Assembly (NCBI GenBank): GCA_026023565.1
Contig: JAPETS010000026.1
Span: 372,001-436,000 of the forward strand
Reading direction: 5' to 3'
Source of the DNA: Cirrosporium novae-zelandiae
Taxonomy: Eukaryota
DNA length: 64,000 nucleotides
Part shown: positions 48,517 through 63,843 of the stretch, piece by piece
Layout: every line of letters starts with the position of its first letter
How positions within the stretch are numbered: position 1 is the first letter of the stretch
Notes under the pieces: generated by a model
Seen by the model: only the letters and a program-made list of their open reading frames with translations
What the model was told of the DNA's origin: nothing
Databases searched by the model: none
Translations under genes and position numbers: made by a program

Positions 48517-51500
48517 GAAGAATTGAAGACCTGAAGATTCGAAGATAAACGAAGGAAATTGTTTAGTTTGAAAGACACGAAAGTCGTTGTATCCTGTACC
48601 GTATGTGTTTTGAAGACTCGAAGATGAACGAAGGAAAGAAGTTATTCTAGTTTTAGTTGGATTTTATTTTTACTCTTGCTTGATACCCCCTATTTGTTTG
48701 TTTGTTTGTTTGTTATACCTTGTTACTGTTACTTTCTTTTTTTTTTTGCTTTTCATTTTTTTAAAGCATTGTATCGTATCATTCTTGCATTTTGCATAAG
48801 CATAAACATAAGCATTATCATAGCGAATTCATCATCTACATCTATCATCTACATCTACATCTACCTATTTAACCTCCTATCCACCCAGACTCATTCGCTC
48901 ACTCACTCATCCAAAGAAAGAAAGGAACCATGAAAACATATATAGTATAACTACGAACACGAATATAGGCACACACAAAAAGTGTACCTACCTACCCCCT
49001 TTTTTTCAAGTTCATTGACTTTATAGAAAAGTCTTTAGTAAGTCTAGCGACAAATTTCTAAGAAGACATTTCTATATACTATATCTACCTAAGGTATATA
49101 ATTAATAAGTCCCAAAAGTTCCACCCATTTATTTATTTGTAACCCTTTCAATCCCCCACCCACATCTTGTTTATTCATGATTTATTTATTCCGTGCCCTC
49201 CCCCTTTTTTTTGCACTTTTGGTCATCTCATATCCATATCATGTCCATATCATCTTATCTTATATAATCCCATTCCATTCCCTTGCACTGGTACATGCAC
49301 ATGCGCAGTACAAGTACAATAAGTTATATCCATATCCATATCCATATCCATATTCATACAAGTTCAACACACGACCAAAGCCCTTCGGTCGGTCGGTCGG
49401 TCGGTCATGGTTGAGTTACGCACTATATGCACCATGCCACCATGCACCATACTCAATGCTCAATAATAAATAGCATGCAAGTACAATTACTAGGTTACTC
49501 AGTAATTAACCCAAGTTAATTTTTTTTTTCTGATAATTTAATAGTTTATTTTATCTTTATCTTTTTTTTTTTTTTTTTTTCAGTTTTTATTTTTTTAGCC
49601 TTGACCCTTTAAATCCCCCCAATCCCCCCAATCCCCCCATACTCGCGAATCTTGGGGTTTCGGGTTTCCCATCTAGACTCTGGAGTATTTGTAGACGGAG
49701 CGTCCGGGAGTAGATGAAAAGATGAAAAGATGAAAAGATGAAAAGATTCCTTTCTTTGTCTACTTTGTTCAATGCGGGTCCTTGATCTATTTGTTTATTT
49801 AGTTAGTTGATTGAGCGTTTGGTTGGCTTGGTTTGGAATATTGGAATGTTGGAACGTTCAAGGCCAAGATTTATGTGTATATATATATACATAATACACA
49901 GACATTCATCATCCGACACCCAATAGCCAACACCCAGCCCAGCAGTCTTATTCATAACCCCATACACAACCAACCAAGCACAATACACACGCATCACAAA
50001 TATAAGCAACCAGCCAACTGACGAATCTAACAAAAAACCACCAACCATCACCATCACCAACCCCCTCCTCTCCTCTCCCCTTCTCCGAATACCAATACCA
50101 AACATCCTCAAATCGAAACCCCTATAGGATCCGCTTAACCTCCCCCCCCCCTCTTGCCCTCCCCGTTCATTGATTTTCTAACGTAAGATATTATAGATAG
50201 ATAAGTCCAAGGAACCTAGAATTTTATTTTAATATATTACCACCACACCAGCAGTATCCCCAGTACCCCCAGCATCACCACCATCGGGGCGCGCGTGGGG
50301 GAGTGTAAGCCCATATCATCCTCCTTCTCCCCTTTAGTCTTTGTTAAATCGTCCATGGTTTTTATTTATCAAGACCATAACAAAAAAACTCCTGGTTCGC
50401 GACCATTTGGTTCAACCCGATTAGTAATGTTGGTCAAACGCTACTGTTGCTCCCGGATTTCTTTTTGTATATTATTTACCATTTTTTTTTCGCGTTTCGG
50501 CGACGATAGCTAAGGCGCTATGGCAAGCTTGAATTGTTAGATCCATTTCTAGGTTCTTTGTAGCAACTGGGTTCTGGTTTAGGAAAGCCGTAAGAGAATT
50601 TGGTTCGTGTTCTTTTTGTGGTTGGGCTTAATCTTCATTATCACTGCCATGCTACCATTTGCTAGGTACTTGAGACCTGAGAGAGAGTAATAGGTATTTA
50701 GGAAAGGGTGAGTATGTATCACTACCCTTTCCGCCAAAGGGGGCTATTCGTTATTTGTTATTCGTCAAACCTGGAAGCCAGTGGATAGGTCAGTATTCCT
50801 CACAACACAATTACATCAATAATCTCCCCCTTCTTCTCCTCTCCTCTACTCTTCTCGATTTAGATCTCTTCTTTTTGTTTCCAATGAAGCGAAGCGAAAC
50901 GAAGTAAGTTCCTCGGACCTCGGACTTTAGCTTTTTTTTCGAATAGCTGTGTATAATGTGTATAATGTGATGATAATGTAGTGATAAGTGATGTGATGTT
51001 GGGGGGTGAGGGTGAGGGTGATGGTGGGTGGGACGCTTGGAGGTGTGTTTTTCGAGCTGATGCTCTTCATGGACAAGCACAAACAGCCAGAACACTAGAT
51101 TTCTTTTTCCCATCGAGTATATATGTCCTCACCCGAGGCCTCCCGTAGGAGATTTGGTTTTCTTTTTCTTTTTTTCGCTTTTTTTCCTGCCTCTTGCCTC
51201 TTTTTCTCTTGATTATTCCCATTTCCATCCTCTAGTAAATTATTAATACATCCATCCCCATTCCTTCTCTTGTGGTTGTGCTTGTGAAGAAATAGAAGAA
51301 ATAAGGCATAAGGGATGGGATGGATACGGGGTTATTTCCATTTCCCGATAATATATATTCCTCGAACTAAGTTTGTTACTTAGGGTTAGGTTGATAATGA
51401 AGAAGAGGAATGGCGAGAGAGAAAAAAGAAAGGGTTTTTTTTTTTTGATGTGATGGACTTTAAATTCCTCGGGCTTGATCTGACTTTGTTTGAATAGTAA

Positions 51501-54500
51501 GCAAGGTAGTTAGTTAGTTAGTCCCCTATTTCTATTTCCTCTTTTCTTCACCCCCCCTTTTTTTTAAAATTCTTCTACATTCCCTTAGATATTTCGCCTT
51601 GCGATGTATTCTCTTTCGGCCCGTGTTCGCATGAAGCCTAATCCCACATCTTCCAAATTTCCATTCATTCTCGCTTGATATCTCTCCCCACGCTTCCCTA
51701 AATTGATTAAAAAAAATTTTAACAACCCTATTAAGAGGCATCCTCTTTCGTATGAACTCATTGATATTGATCAATTAATTGAACTGACTAGCTAACCTTT
51801 TTTTATGAAAAAGAGTTTGGCTGGGTGATTTCCCAGTTGACGCTGACACACATTATCGAAATATACCGTTTGGAGCAAGGGAAACGATTTCAGGCCATCA
51901 CGTTTCGGCGAGTTCTAGGACAGGTTATCAGATAACGTAAAGAGATTTCCGCGATCTGGTTTGTTTTTTCGGATTGTCCGTCAAGATTACGGGTGGTAAT
52001 ATACACCTGTTGGGTGGTGAGGCATCTCTTTCGTTATTACCTCGTTGATTAATTAATTAAACTTGATTGTTCCTTTTTCTCTGAAAAGAGGGTTCTTTAA
52101 AAAACAATTCTGTAAGAGCAAACCAAAAAAACAAACTAAGCGAAGCATCCATAATTAATTAACTGTAATAATCGAAAAATAAAACACACATACCCTCGAG
52201 GAAGAAAAGGATGGTTAAAACTGGGGGAGAGGGCTTCTGGAGCTGGGGCATACCTCCCCCCCCGAACCCTCGAACCAATGTATATCTCGTACTCGTATAT
52301 CATATTTCGAAGCTCTAGCTCCTCCTCCTCCTCCTAGAGCTAGCCGCAGGACAGGAAGTGAGACTTGAAATTCTATAATAGCAAAAATATATCTTAGACT
52401 AACCTAAGCCCCCCCAAGTAAATATTAATATTAAAAAGGGAGAGAGAAATATATATAATTTATTATCGGGGCCTTGACATTGGTCTTATAAAAAAAGAAA
52501 TTTCAAGAGAGGGTTTTGAAAAGAAGGTTTTTTAAATGGGAGGATTTTGTGGCTAAGAGAGAAAGGGGGGGAGAGAGGGAGGGGAGATGAGTGGAACATA
52601 TCTTGAGCATGATGAGGAGGGGGTGGTTGGAGCCGTGACCCATCCCGTGGGGCTAGAAGGGGGTGTGGGATATCGGAGATCGAGGTAAGGTAACCCCGCC
52701 AACTCACCCACCCACTAAGCTCTCTCAGAGATAGCACAGCTTCAGTGTAGTTGTGTGATGATATCGTCGATATCGATGAGAAGGTTTCTCAAAGTCCTTC
52801 AGGAGCCGTCACGTCACGGTCTCCCCCTGAACGAATTTTGGTTTGGGTTCTAGATGGATGGATGCACCATGCGAGGGAGGGAAGCATGTTGGGCTTTAGG
52901 TATTCTAGGTACCGCTCGTTGTAAAGATTCGATGTTTGAGATAATGATGTTGTTGTGGTTGTGATTGTAGTTGCAGTTGCAGTTGCTAGGTATGTGCAAG
53001 TGCAAGTGCAAGTACCATCATAGTCATTAATTGAGCATAACCTTTTCGTTTTATTTCCTTTTGCTTTTTGCTTTGACCGATTATTATATATTGCCTTCCT
53101 CTCTCCCTGCCACTCCCTCTCACTTCCTCCTAGTAGCACCACCAAAGCTCAAAGTCAAACCCACAGACAAAATATTCGATGGTGGTAGGCCTTTTCTCTT
53201 GTATCTACTTCTTTCTTCTTCTCTTTATATCTCGATCTTGAATATTCATTCCAATGTTACCCCTCGAGAAGTATAGGTGGCAGATGTGGGTCGTAGGTGT
53301 GAGGAGTACTTTGTATGTCCTATATCTTAAATCATGAATCATAAAATAAATATATCTATAGTATCCCTAACCAAGTTTTCAAAAAAAACCCCACTTGAAA
53401 TTTATATTTATTTTTTTAGTTTTTTTTTTTTTTAAAAAAAATTCAATATAGCGGCAACGGAAGAAGCAGCAATGATGGTAGTAATGGTAATTTATAGAAA
53501 TGTGTTTATAAACAACACGGAGATTAGAATCTAGAAAACCTTGGCTTCGAATCTAAATTTATTTGTATTTGGTTTCAGGATAGTGGATGGATCCAACACA
53601 CAGCAACAGCAGTAGTGATGGTATTTTATAGAAAAGAAAGTTTATAAACACAAAGATTACAACTTGAAATGGGGACAAAAGGGAATTAGAAAAACTATAA
53701 AAACGGAACGGAATTTTGTTTTTGTTGAATAGCATGGGAAGCCGGGAGGATGGGAAGACGATATGATATGAAGTGACGTAACGTGACGTGGATAAAATAA
53801 AATAGGGTGAATGAATAAATCACACGACTCCCAGGGTTAGATAGAGCAGGAAGATGAAGCGGCAACGATGACGACGGCGGTAACGACGGTTCCTGTAGCC
53901 GTAGAAGTCCTTAAAGGGGCAAAGAGTTGAAATGAAAGAAGCAAAAATGTGCAATAGGTACGGCATACTCAGTATATAAGCATCCTGATTATAGAAAACG
54001 AAAAATTTGCTATTATCGTGGGGATGGATGTGTAGACCTTCAGCTTTCAGCTTCAAAGTGGAAACCTTGAGAAAGTATATATATCTAATTAAGTACGAAG
54101 TAGATCGAGGGTGGGATTAGGGATTAGGATATGGATATGAATGGGTGGTCGTATGTAAGGATGTAATTTAGGCATTTGGATATTAGGCATTGTTGCTGTT
54201 GAAGTCGCTGTTAAAATTGCTGTAAAAGCCTCTGTTGGAAATTGAAACTGTTGTTGGGTATTGCTGTCGAAAGCTACTGTCATAACCATTAAAGAAGCCG
54301 AAATGGGATAATAGGATAAGACAAGATAAAAATAAAAGATCTCCCCGACCGACCGACCGACCGACCGACCGATCGAGGTAGGGCCGTAAGAAATATGACT
54401 TAACACCCCCCCTTCTCTAGGATGAAAGAAAGAAAGCGGGGTACATTCATATTCAATAATATTGATGTAGGGAAGAAATAAAGGAGAGACAGACTTAGGA

Positions 54501-57500
54501 GAGGAGAGATGGGGACTCTCTCCTCGCATACTATATTGTTATCAGTATTATCGATAGAGATAGAGATAAAAAAAGAAGCCCTTCAGTTTCCAAATTTCCA
54601 ACTCTTTCGAAGTCTTCGAGGTCTTCAAAATTTTCACATATCTTCACAGGGGAATAACTTCACTCAAACCTTTCTTCGTTTCTTCCTAGCCCCAATTTTT
54701 TCTTCGACACGGATTTTTTCTTTTTTCCTTTTTCAATAGCCATAAATAGCTATTAGGTCATTGTAATCTCATTAAAATATAAATTATGTGATATAATTGA
54801 GTTTATTTAATGTTTTAAAGGGATTGAGGATTAGGGAAGGGTTATATTATATCATATGCCGGGGGGGGTGGGGGGCGGTTGAAACGTTTTAGAACTTTGG
54901 TGTAATTGGGGGAGGGAGGGGTTTAAGATATCTTCAATTTCTTAAGGATTTGACGGGTTATGGGTTACGATGAGGAGATGAATAATGCAATACATTTAAA
55001 AAGAAAGGCTAATAATTATTGAGGATAGGAGAACAAGTCCCCACCCCACCCCCGTCTCACCTCACCTTACCTCACAAAGCCAAGCCAAGCCAAGCTGGAC
55101 ACCTTGAAGAAATGATGAGAATTACTATAGTAGTAGTAATGTAATGCTATATTATGTGTATTCCCAATAGCAATAGGGACGGGACGCGAACATACGAACA
55201 CATGACACATATATATCTTGGAGTTTGGAGTTTTGGTATTTATTATAGCCATGGTCAAAATATAATGGTGATAATTAAGCACGGAATGAAAAGTCCAAGC
55301 TTCACCACGGAAGGAAGAAGCGAGAGGAAAGAAAGGGTGAGTATTAAGATGTGGTTAATAGGTGGTAGTAGGTATTGGTATTTGGTATTGGAATTTGAAT
55401 TAGCAAGTGAACTGACTGATTAACTAATTGGTTAGGGTTTTGGGCAAGGAATAAAGGGCTTAAGGTATGAAAGGAAAAGAAAGGAAAATGGGATAGAAAC
55501 TTGGAGATAAAGATTGTGAATAGATCTTAAAGAGATGTTTTTCGATTTCTGAAAATTATCTTCTCTCCTACCCACCCACGCCTTTTTCTCTCCTAGCCGC
55601 GCGCCCATTTTTTGTGAGGGGTCGAGGCGAAGAGGGGGAAGAAGAAGAAGAAGGGGAAGAGGTGATCTTCTCGGGGACTGAATTATTTCTCTAGATTACA
55701 GTACAAGGACGGTATAGTACATGTTAATCTTTTGTTCTTGTGGATATTTGACCTTCGACCTTCTGGATCTTTGCTAAGGAGAGGTGTGTGTCAATCGGGA
55801 AAAAGGGGGTGATGGATGGATGAAGTTGCGGGGGGGAGGGATGGGGCAGGAGGAGTTCTACGATATTGTAGAAGGAAATATAAGTTAAAAAAAAACTTAT
55901 AGCCAACATGTATATATATATTTATGATTAATACTCCTTTGATGTGTTTGCGTGTTTGTCTGATTGTGATATATCCTCTGCTCATAAAAAAAGAAAGGAG
56001 GGAGAGAGATGTATTTTTCTCTTCCGTTTCTGGGTAGAATTTGTGAGAGATTAGATCTCTCTCTTGAATGTCTGGAGGGCTTTTTATCCTCTCCTTTCCG
56101 TCATGGCTGAAAGGTGTGTTTCATGAATCGCAAAATAGTAAAAAATTAAATTAACGAATAAAGTAGATATTTGGGTCTTTGGACATGGAAGGGGTCAAAT
56201 TAAGTGTAACGTACGTTCGTAGAACTTGGTCCTGCAGAGAATGAATGGATGGAAGAATAGAGGTTGGAAATCTTTCTCCCTCTCTCTGAAAAATAATGTG
56301 AAGTCACGGGCACTGTGTCCTTAGAATATATGGGATCCGAGTGCAGCCTCTCATCCTCCATAAGCTCGGATTAGAAATATATATATATATATACCATTGT
56401 TCCTCTTTCTCGATTATGGTGATAATTCGGTGCGAATCTGCTATTCATAGCTTGGTTTTATCATTAATAGAGGTTTGATTAAAGTTCTCCTATATTTAGT
56501 TCGAATGAAAAATCCGTAAGGTTCATGGTAGTTCTCTCTGAATACTGCTTAGAATTTAGAATCGAGGAATGATAGTCTTTACTGTGTGGGACTACCATGG
56601 CGTTGTTTGGTTGAGCCGGAAAATTTTTGTAGGGATATTGTGTGATTAGGATAATGGTATAGAAATGCGAATCCATCCTGAATCCAGAATCTTGATCAAC
56701 TAATCACTGTTAGATCAAGTAATGGCTATAAAAGCTGGATATTGCTGTAGAGGGGATGTCTCGCGGATGATGGCCAATCATCCTCGATCACAATTTTATT
56801 GGCCACCAAAAATATTCCCTTTCGACACTAATCACAGCATCTGTAATAGTCCCCCCCAGCAACTTATGCATCTTTTTTAGTAGCCCCTTTTAGGTGATAT
56901 TTGAATCCTCCCTTATATCTAACAGTGTCACAAAATGAGCACGGAGCTTCTTCATACTCTCCTCCCGCAGAAGATGGCCCTGAAGAAGGGAAATTTCGGA
57001 TTCTCAAGTTCCTCACAGGCTTTAGACGTCTGCAAATCAACTCTAGCATTAAAATATTTCCCTTTAATAGCTCCCGGTTGAACTTCGTGAATACGATTTT
57101 CATACAAGGATTTGTTCGATCTTCGCAAACCCCATAATGGCGATGAGCCGTTGTACGGCCAGCCGGGTTCCGGCTTCTTTATCGTGTATTAACTGTCATC
57201 AATATCACAATTACCACATTCATATTATTACAAAATTTGCTTATAGCGTGCCTCTGAATATAAGGGTGAGGTCGGTTGTTTGATATATGTGCAGGATTTA
57301 TAGAAGAGGTCCTTCCTTCTGACCTATGCGGACAACTCACCTAAGGACCTATACAGCCACGTTGAATGATTCGAGGATCTCTGAGAACCTATAGGTGGCA
57401 AAACTTGTAAAAGTTAATTCTATGAGCACTTATGGGTGTGGAGGCGAGCATGTGTTTGACATGTGAGGCTATCCTTATTTTTGAAGGCTTGTATCGCTAT

Positions 57501-60289
57501 GGATCTTCGAAGGCTATGTTTCTGGCCTATTATACATGTTGTGATTTTAGGATCGTGGTGACGATCACTCATGACAATGCTAATGATAATATAAAAAATG
57601 AAATTTAAAGTTGTCAACTCAGCTCGGTAGAAAATAAAAAGACAACAAATACTCAACAGATTCACCTTCTTATAATTGGGTCTTTCTTTGGAATAAGGTC
57701 GATGTAGGACCTTGGATATAATTAGCTTATGGCTTGAATTCATTTGATGAGACTTACTTATAGTAGAATCCGACTCGTAATATGTGTAGTCTATAGTCTA
57801 GGCAATAATTAGAAGAAGACCAGTGAAAAAATTTCTAATGTTGTTTCTCCACGGACTTAGCATGACTCTAGATGGTATAATATAGAACATTGGTCGATAA
57901 CAGGGGTTTTCTGGACTCCTAATATCAAGAGGGAGAAGCTGCGGGTCCACTGTCTCCGAGGAGTCTAAGGAGTCTCGGGGTAGCAAAGAGAGAGTCCCGA
58001 TTTGGGGGCCTTGACCTGAAAGTGTGTTGCTTTCACCCCACTGGATTCGGGGTCTGACGGTAGTTCTTGGCCGATGACTTGAAGTAAATTATCAAAGGAG
58101 AAGGTATGGGATAAGATGGAGACGGGGCAGACATACCGGTCTTGCGACACGGCCACTCAGTCTAGACACGCAAAAACTGCAATTGGATTAAAAATCTCTA
58201 ACCTTCACTCCTGGTGGCATACCTCTTTTGCCCATTACAACACGCTCTATCTTCATAGTATTAAACCATGAATGTTAGCTCAGTTGAATTAGACAAGACA
58301 TATGAGAATATAAATAAAACCGAATACCGAGATCGTTTAGAAGCTTTTGGATGGAGTTTATTTATCCGACCAGAGTTTTACTCCTCTTCGTCAGCTTGCA
58401 ACATCCTTTGTACGGTTCTACTTGGTGTTGCTCCCTTGGACGCGAAATGTAGGCGTATATTTCTTCTTTTGATCGGCCGCTTCACGATCAAGACATTCAT
58501 CGTCGGCCAAGGCTACGGATAGCTTTCATACGTCTCTTGAGAACCGGATCCTCCTCGTCAACGATAATCCTCACCAAAGTAACACGTCTATTGCGATTGG
58601 CTTGAAGCCAGTTCGTCGGCAGAGGATTCTCAATCATCGCAACTGCAGTACTCTGAGTGTTCATTGGCACAACGATGGCGATTCAGCCCTTGAGGTCGGG
58701 CTTGTTGGGAATCGGCAAGGCAGAGGATTTGTAAATATCCTGCTGTCCTCTATTAGGAGCAGTAGAGGAGAAGATAAAACTCACTTGACTTCGGGCTCGT
58801 TGGCAATGACTAGAGCCATAGCGTAGATTTAGCTTATTGTGAAGAAGGTTCTATAGTGAGAGGAGGAAGATTATGAAAAACGAAGAGAATGCTACAACGA
58901 CTGCAAAAATCACATCTTTTGAGGTGACAAGTACCTGTAAAATCACTAGTATAGTGAAGGTATGAGAGATGAATATAAACCAACTTCACTTGAACGACGA
59001 AAGAGATGAGCTACAAACGACGGGTGAAAGAGAACGGATACTCTTTGAAAAAGTAGCTTGGTGATCAACAAATTTAAGATAGAAACTGCCTTAAATAACA
59101 TTCCGGATTATGAGGCTTATTGTACTGTACGTCGTACACTATAAGTCAAAGAGGTTGGCTGAAGAAACAAAATGAGAGAAGTTGGAGAGAGAATCTACAG
59201 TTATATAAATGCCGCTTAACAGACTAAGCGAGATTGGTTCGCCACCTTCATTCAAGTTTGATACCATCTTCAGCCCTCTAGATTTAATCGGTCAAAGGTT
59301 AGGTGCCTATAGCTTTTCATCCCGTATATTCGGTAGGGGTCTTCAGAAATCTCCTTTTGAAATGGTATATTAAATGAAATATCATCTATTACATCAAAGT
59401 CCAAGGACAAAGAAGAACATGATGATATGGGATATGGGCTTCATGGTAAGGTATAAAGCAGTGTATCACAAGATGACCTTTTTTGGAGGCAAAGACAAAA
59501 TATGAATTATTAAACATCTCATTTTTTGGAGTCTCCTGGACCATTATTAACATCCCCTTCTTCTTGCGCGTCGAGTTTCTCCTCGAGGGTTTTGATTTGG
59601 GTGTCTTTTGCCTGGAGTTGGACGTGTCATGGATTTAATTTGTACGTTCTGGGTGTTGACATACGAGATCAACTGGTCTTTCTAAGATTGTGTAGGCCCT
59701 GACGAAGTAGCATTGCATTCGTAAGTATGGTATAGCGGATAAAGGAGTATGACATGAAAAAGTGAAGGTGTAAAGATATGGAATTATTTCATGTACGACG
59801 TTGCTTATAAGCAATTCCCAATGAACCGTGCCCCTAGGAGAGGGCACGACCATAGCTATACTACACCACAACCTCAACTATGGCCTCAAGTCTATAACAG
59901 AGTAGGTGGTATCGACAGAGATGGGTCTCGTTAAAAGAAGAATAGAGGCAGTGCCTGTGTAAATTTGTTGGAAGTTGAATGTGACGATCGATGTTAGTGT
60001 TTAACATAGTGTATTTCCTGATGAAAACTAGCATATTCAAGTTCATTCAAATCACCTCGATCTTCGAATCCTCATCCATGGATCCTATGTTCTCTTTATA
60101 ATTGTCATAAATTTGAAGCCCGAGTATCGGTATAGGGGTTTTGCAAAGCCTAAGTAGATGTCCACTCTATTTTATAAGATTTAATATCTAGACTTCTAGT
60201 AAGGATGAATCAATGATATGTCAAGTAATGAGATTTTCCAGAATATATTGGTAAACATGATTGATTCCCTTTCGTATAGTAGTCGCTTT

Positions 60290-60640
60290 CACGTAAATGC
60301 CGGCCATATCGCTTAGGGTGTTGTATAGCTTCTCTAGGATGTGGTCTAGAACACCCCTGATGCCATGCGGTCAGGGAGATCAACATAGTACTTGGCATCG
60401 AACTGCCTCCCGAAGTCGTTCATGTCTATATCCCAGGAATTGTTAGTTGCTCCGACGACGATAACCTGTACAGATTTTTCCATGGCCTGCCTCCATTCAG
60501 ATTTCAAGATGCATTGGACACGCTTGATTAAGTTAGACTCAGCCTGAGTTAGCCGGCTGAGAATCCCGTCCACTTCGTCAAAGAAAATAACCGACGGAGC
60601 ATTGGCTTTAGCTTCAGCAAAGAGGATGCAAATGAACTTG
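60290..60640 (-). pseudogene. AAA ATPase fragment (VPS4/spastin/katanin-like), frameshifted
   Basis: 'LFAEAKANAPSVIFFDEVDGIL' (Walker B), 'VIVVGATNNSWDID' (sensor 1), 'FGRQFDAKYYVDLPD' (degenerate second region of homology). A stop/frameshift follows, and no Walker A exon was found upstream. Confidence 0.75.
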
Positions 60641-63600
60641 GAGACGATTAGCTCTAGTCATATAGAAAGGTGATTGATCCTCTCATGATGAGTTAAAGGC
60701 AAAGACAGGCAGAGTTCATGCCATATCTGATGGTGGTTAGATTCCTGAGCGGATACCATGCCTGGATGACTGCAGCTCAGGAATCAAAATATAATCGGAT
60801 TTCACATACCCGTACGTAAACTATTATAGAATTCGCTCTAGAATAAATTTTGGATTAGTAGTAATCTGAGTTACGGGATAACAACCGATAAAGACAACGG
60901 ATTTTAGAAAATAGTATGGGATACGCAAGATATCCCCAACCATAAGTGACTGTTGCAATGATATTGGGTGATACAAAGTCGCTGGCTGTGACGGTAGAGT
61001 TCATTTCCATTATATTTGAAGGGCAATGTCAAGATGGTTCCCTTTGGGCATTAGTTAAAAAAATTGGTTTATCTCAAGTAGTTGTTGGAACTGCTTGTTA
61101 CATGCATAGAGGTTTCCTTAAACGCCTCTTCTATCAAAAAAACAATGAATTTAGTGACAAAGCTTGAGTAGGAAGTGGTTGGACAGTCAAGTAAAACGAT
61201 AATTGGCAGCATATTGTCGATACATCGTGGAATTGTCGAACAAAATAAAAAAAATAAAATCTAATATATTTTGAAGGAAATTGATCCTTTCATCAGTTGT
61301 TAGGGCGGCTTGCAGGTATATTCGAATTTTGGATATAATCGTGTAAGAAATATAATTAACGATGCCCGGCCGGGGGAGGTATTAAAAGATCCTCGGTAAT
61401 TAGTTGCCAAAGAATATTGAGCCTATAGTTTTTGCGGTCATTCATTACAATCATTTGAAGTTTGCGGAATTGTCTCGCATCTCTAATCCTTTCTGCAGAT
61501 GCACCATCGTTTTTAAACGTAGTGGCATGGGTAATAAACTTATTAAGGCCTCCTTTTTTGGACTATTGCGGCGGTTGCCTGCTAAACGAGTAATTAGTCA
61601 TGTTATAGATAGCAAGATTCATCAAACGGAAAAAAAATATTCGCGACCCATCGTTGGGCGGGTCAGTAGAGAAAGAGCAAGGAGTTTCTGAGGTATCTTG
61701 CCCTCAAGAATAGGATCCACAACGTGCTTTGAGAAGTAGCTTGCACGTATATCCAAATCTGGGGTATGCTTTATTTGATACTCATGTGCGAGCAGTGGAT
61801 CCATTTTAAGTTCGATCGTGGTATACATAGGGATCCTTAAGTGACGGTCAATAGACTGCAGAATCATTTTGCTATCCGTATCGGGAATCTCAATGACATC
61901 GGATTTTGCATGGCGATAATATAAGTTAGTATAAAATACGGGTCAGTATTAATTCAGAATCGCTAATGGATAGATATCTGGCCACGCGAGAAGAATTTCA
62001 TGAAGAATACTGGTTCCAATAGATGAGGGGTATTCCGGGGTATAAAACTAACATTCTCAAACAGCTCTCTTATTTTTTCAGAATCATTAGCTAATAATTT
62101 CCACTAATTGGTATCGGTTACAGTAGTATTAAGTTAGCTTGATATTTTCAAATTAGACACGGCCTGATCTGAGGTTTCTTCCTACTACCTAATTGCTGGG
62201 AAGCTGGCGGATCTCCTTTTTCATGTGAGTGGGGGTAACAGTTTCGACTTAAAAACATAAATCGGAGTTGAAACTTTAGGGCAAGGTTGGTTAACAATGG
62301 ACATGGCCGATGCCATGGCAATATGGTCCACAAAAATACTTTTGAAGCTGATGGAATAATGGCTGCGAGGATGTTTGATTAGTTAACAAGTTGGCATTCA
62401 TCCAGTGTTATCATCACTATTATCATTATCGATGTCAGCCGATTTCACCAGGGTGGCCTTGTCTGCCGAGAACATGACGATTTTATGAGCAATGGGTTTG
62501 GGGCTCTAATCATAGGAGAGGAAGGGCTGGAACGGGAGACGAAGGTTGCGGTATTGGTATGCTAATACTCCCTCCTCGATCCATTCTGGAGTAGGTTCTT
62601 CAGGTTCGAGATAGTCTTGAGCCTGAAGAACCACTCCAGTGGGTTAGCTTGTGGTGGATATCTACTTCATTAGTTGCGAACATTATAGATTCCACGAATA
62701 CTTACAGGCTGCACAGTCCTTCGAGTAACTTTGCATATATACCGTGTCTGGGAACGAATTATTGCCAGCGGCCCTCGGAGGGGGTTTTCAACTATATAAC
62801 AGTTAATCGGCTTTTCCGTTTGTTCTAAATATATAATATTATATGTGAGAAGCGGCAATGGAATTCTGTGCATAGGTACAATGTCGAATGTCCAAAACGT
62901 CAGTGATGTTCCTAAGGATCAGTAAGCGGAAGTCTTCAGAAGACTATTAGGCACTACAGGAAATGACGTTGGGAATCTTCATCTTGGGTCCCTATAAAGT
63001 GGATTAGTAATATCTTGATAGAAGAAGGTCGAGGGCGATAACACGAAACGAAGGACGGCATAAAGGGCAATGGATGGAATGTTGCAGTTCCACCAGCACC
63101 TCAAGTGCTTCTTGGCCGTCAACAATAGCTAGGAATAAGAATGCCTGTCTTGTTTGCTCAAAGGCTAAAAAGACAGATGATATCGCAAATGCCTAAACCA
63201 GCAGTAGTCACGATATAATATAATGAAGTTTTTGGGAAACATTCTAACAAGTGGAGAGAGAATATCAAAGATCTTTAGATTATTTTAACACGTTTTACCT
63301 TCAGTATTCTTTTCTAGGTGAGCTTCCTACTTGGGAGAAAGGGGTAAACATTGTTAACATGTGAAATAGAGAGATCTTAAGAGCTCGCCTAATTCTATCC
63401 CCGAATCTGTCTATTTTCTTTCTCCGATTAGTTCTTGCTAATAGCGTTGATCCAAGATGAAGTTTCGGCATTTTCGTCGAAGCCAAGACAGACAGCAACG
63501 GAGTAGTTCATCTAAAGTATGACATTAGCCATCGAACCACTGGTTAATCGACGTTCGCGAATCCCTCGAGGTGGTAGGAATTACTTGCTTTGTTCTTTGG

Positions 63601-63843
63601 AACTCTGAGTCAAGAGGATGTCCATCCAATTGATTCCATCAGATTTAACAGTCAATATTTATTCTCTGGGAAGTCTTCGTCTTGATGGATCATTTGGTAG
63701 TCGAAGGTTAGGGATCGAGGGGCCTGTGACCAAAACCATATCATCGTCGTAAGCAGGCACTCGTCTTGGACCTCCTTCCCACCTCATCCGGAGAATTCCT
63801 GGAAGAGTGCGTAAGAGGGGGACGAGGTCTCTGAGGATGGACT

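Noticed and set aside
48135..55985. ORFs such as 48135-48578 (HTHTHT) and 54089-54529
   Set aside because: They are translations of microsatellite or low-complexity DNA.
57325..57336. TATGCGGACAA resembling the retroposon 3' end
   Set aside because: Only about 11 nt, with no AATAA, CAT tail or TSD.
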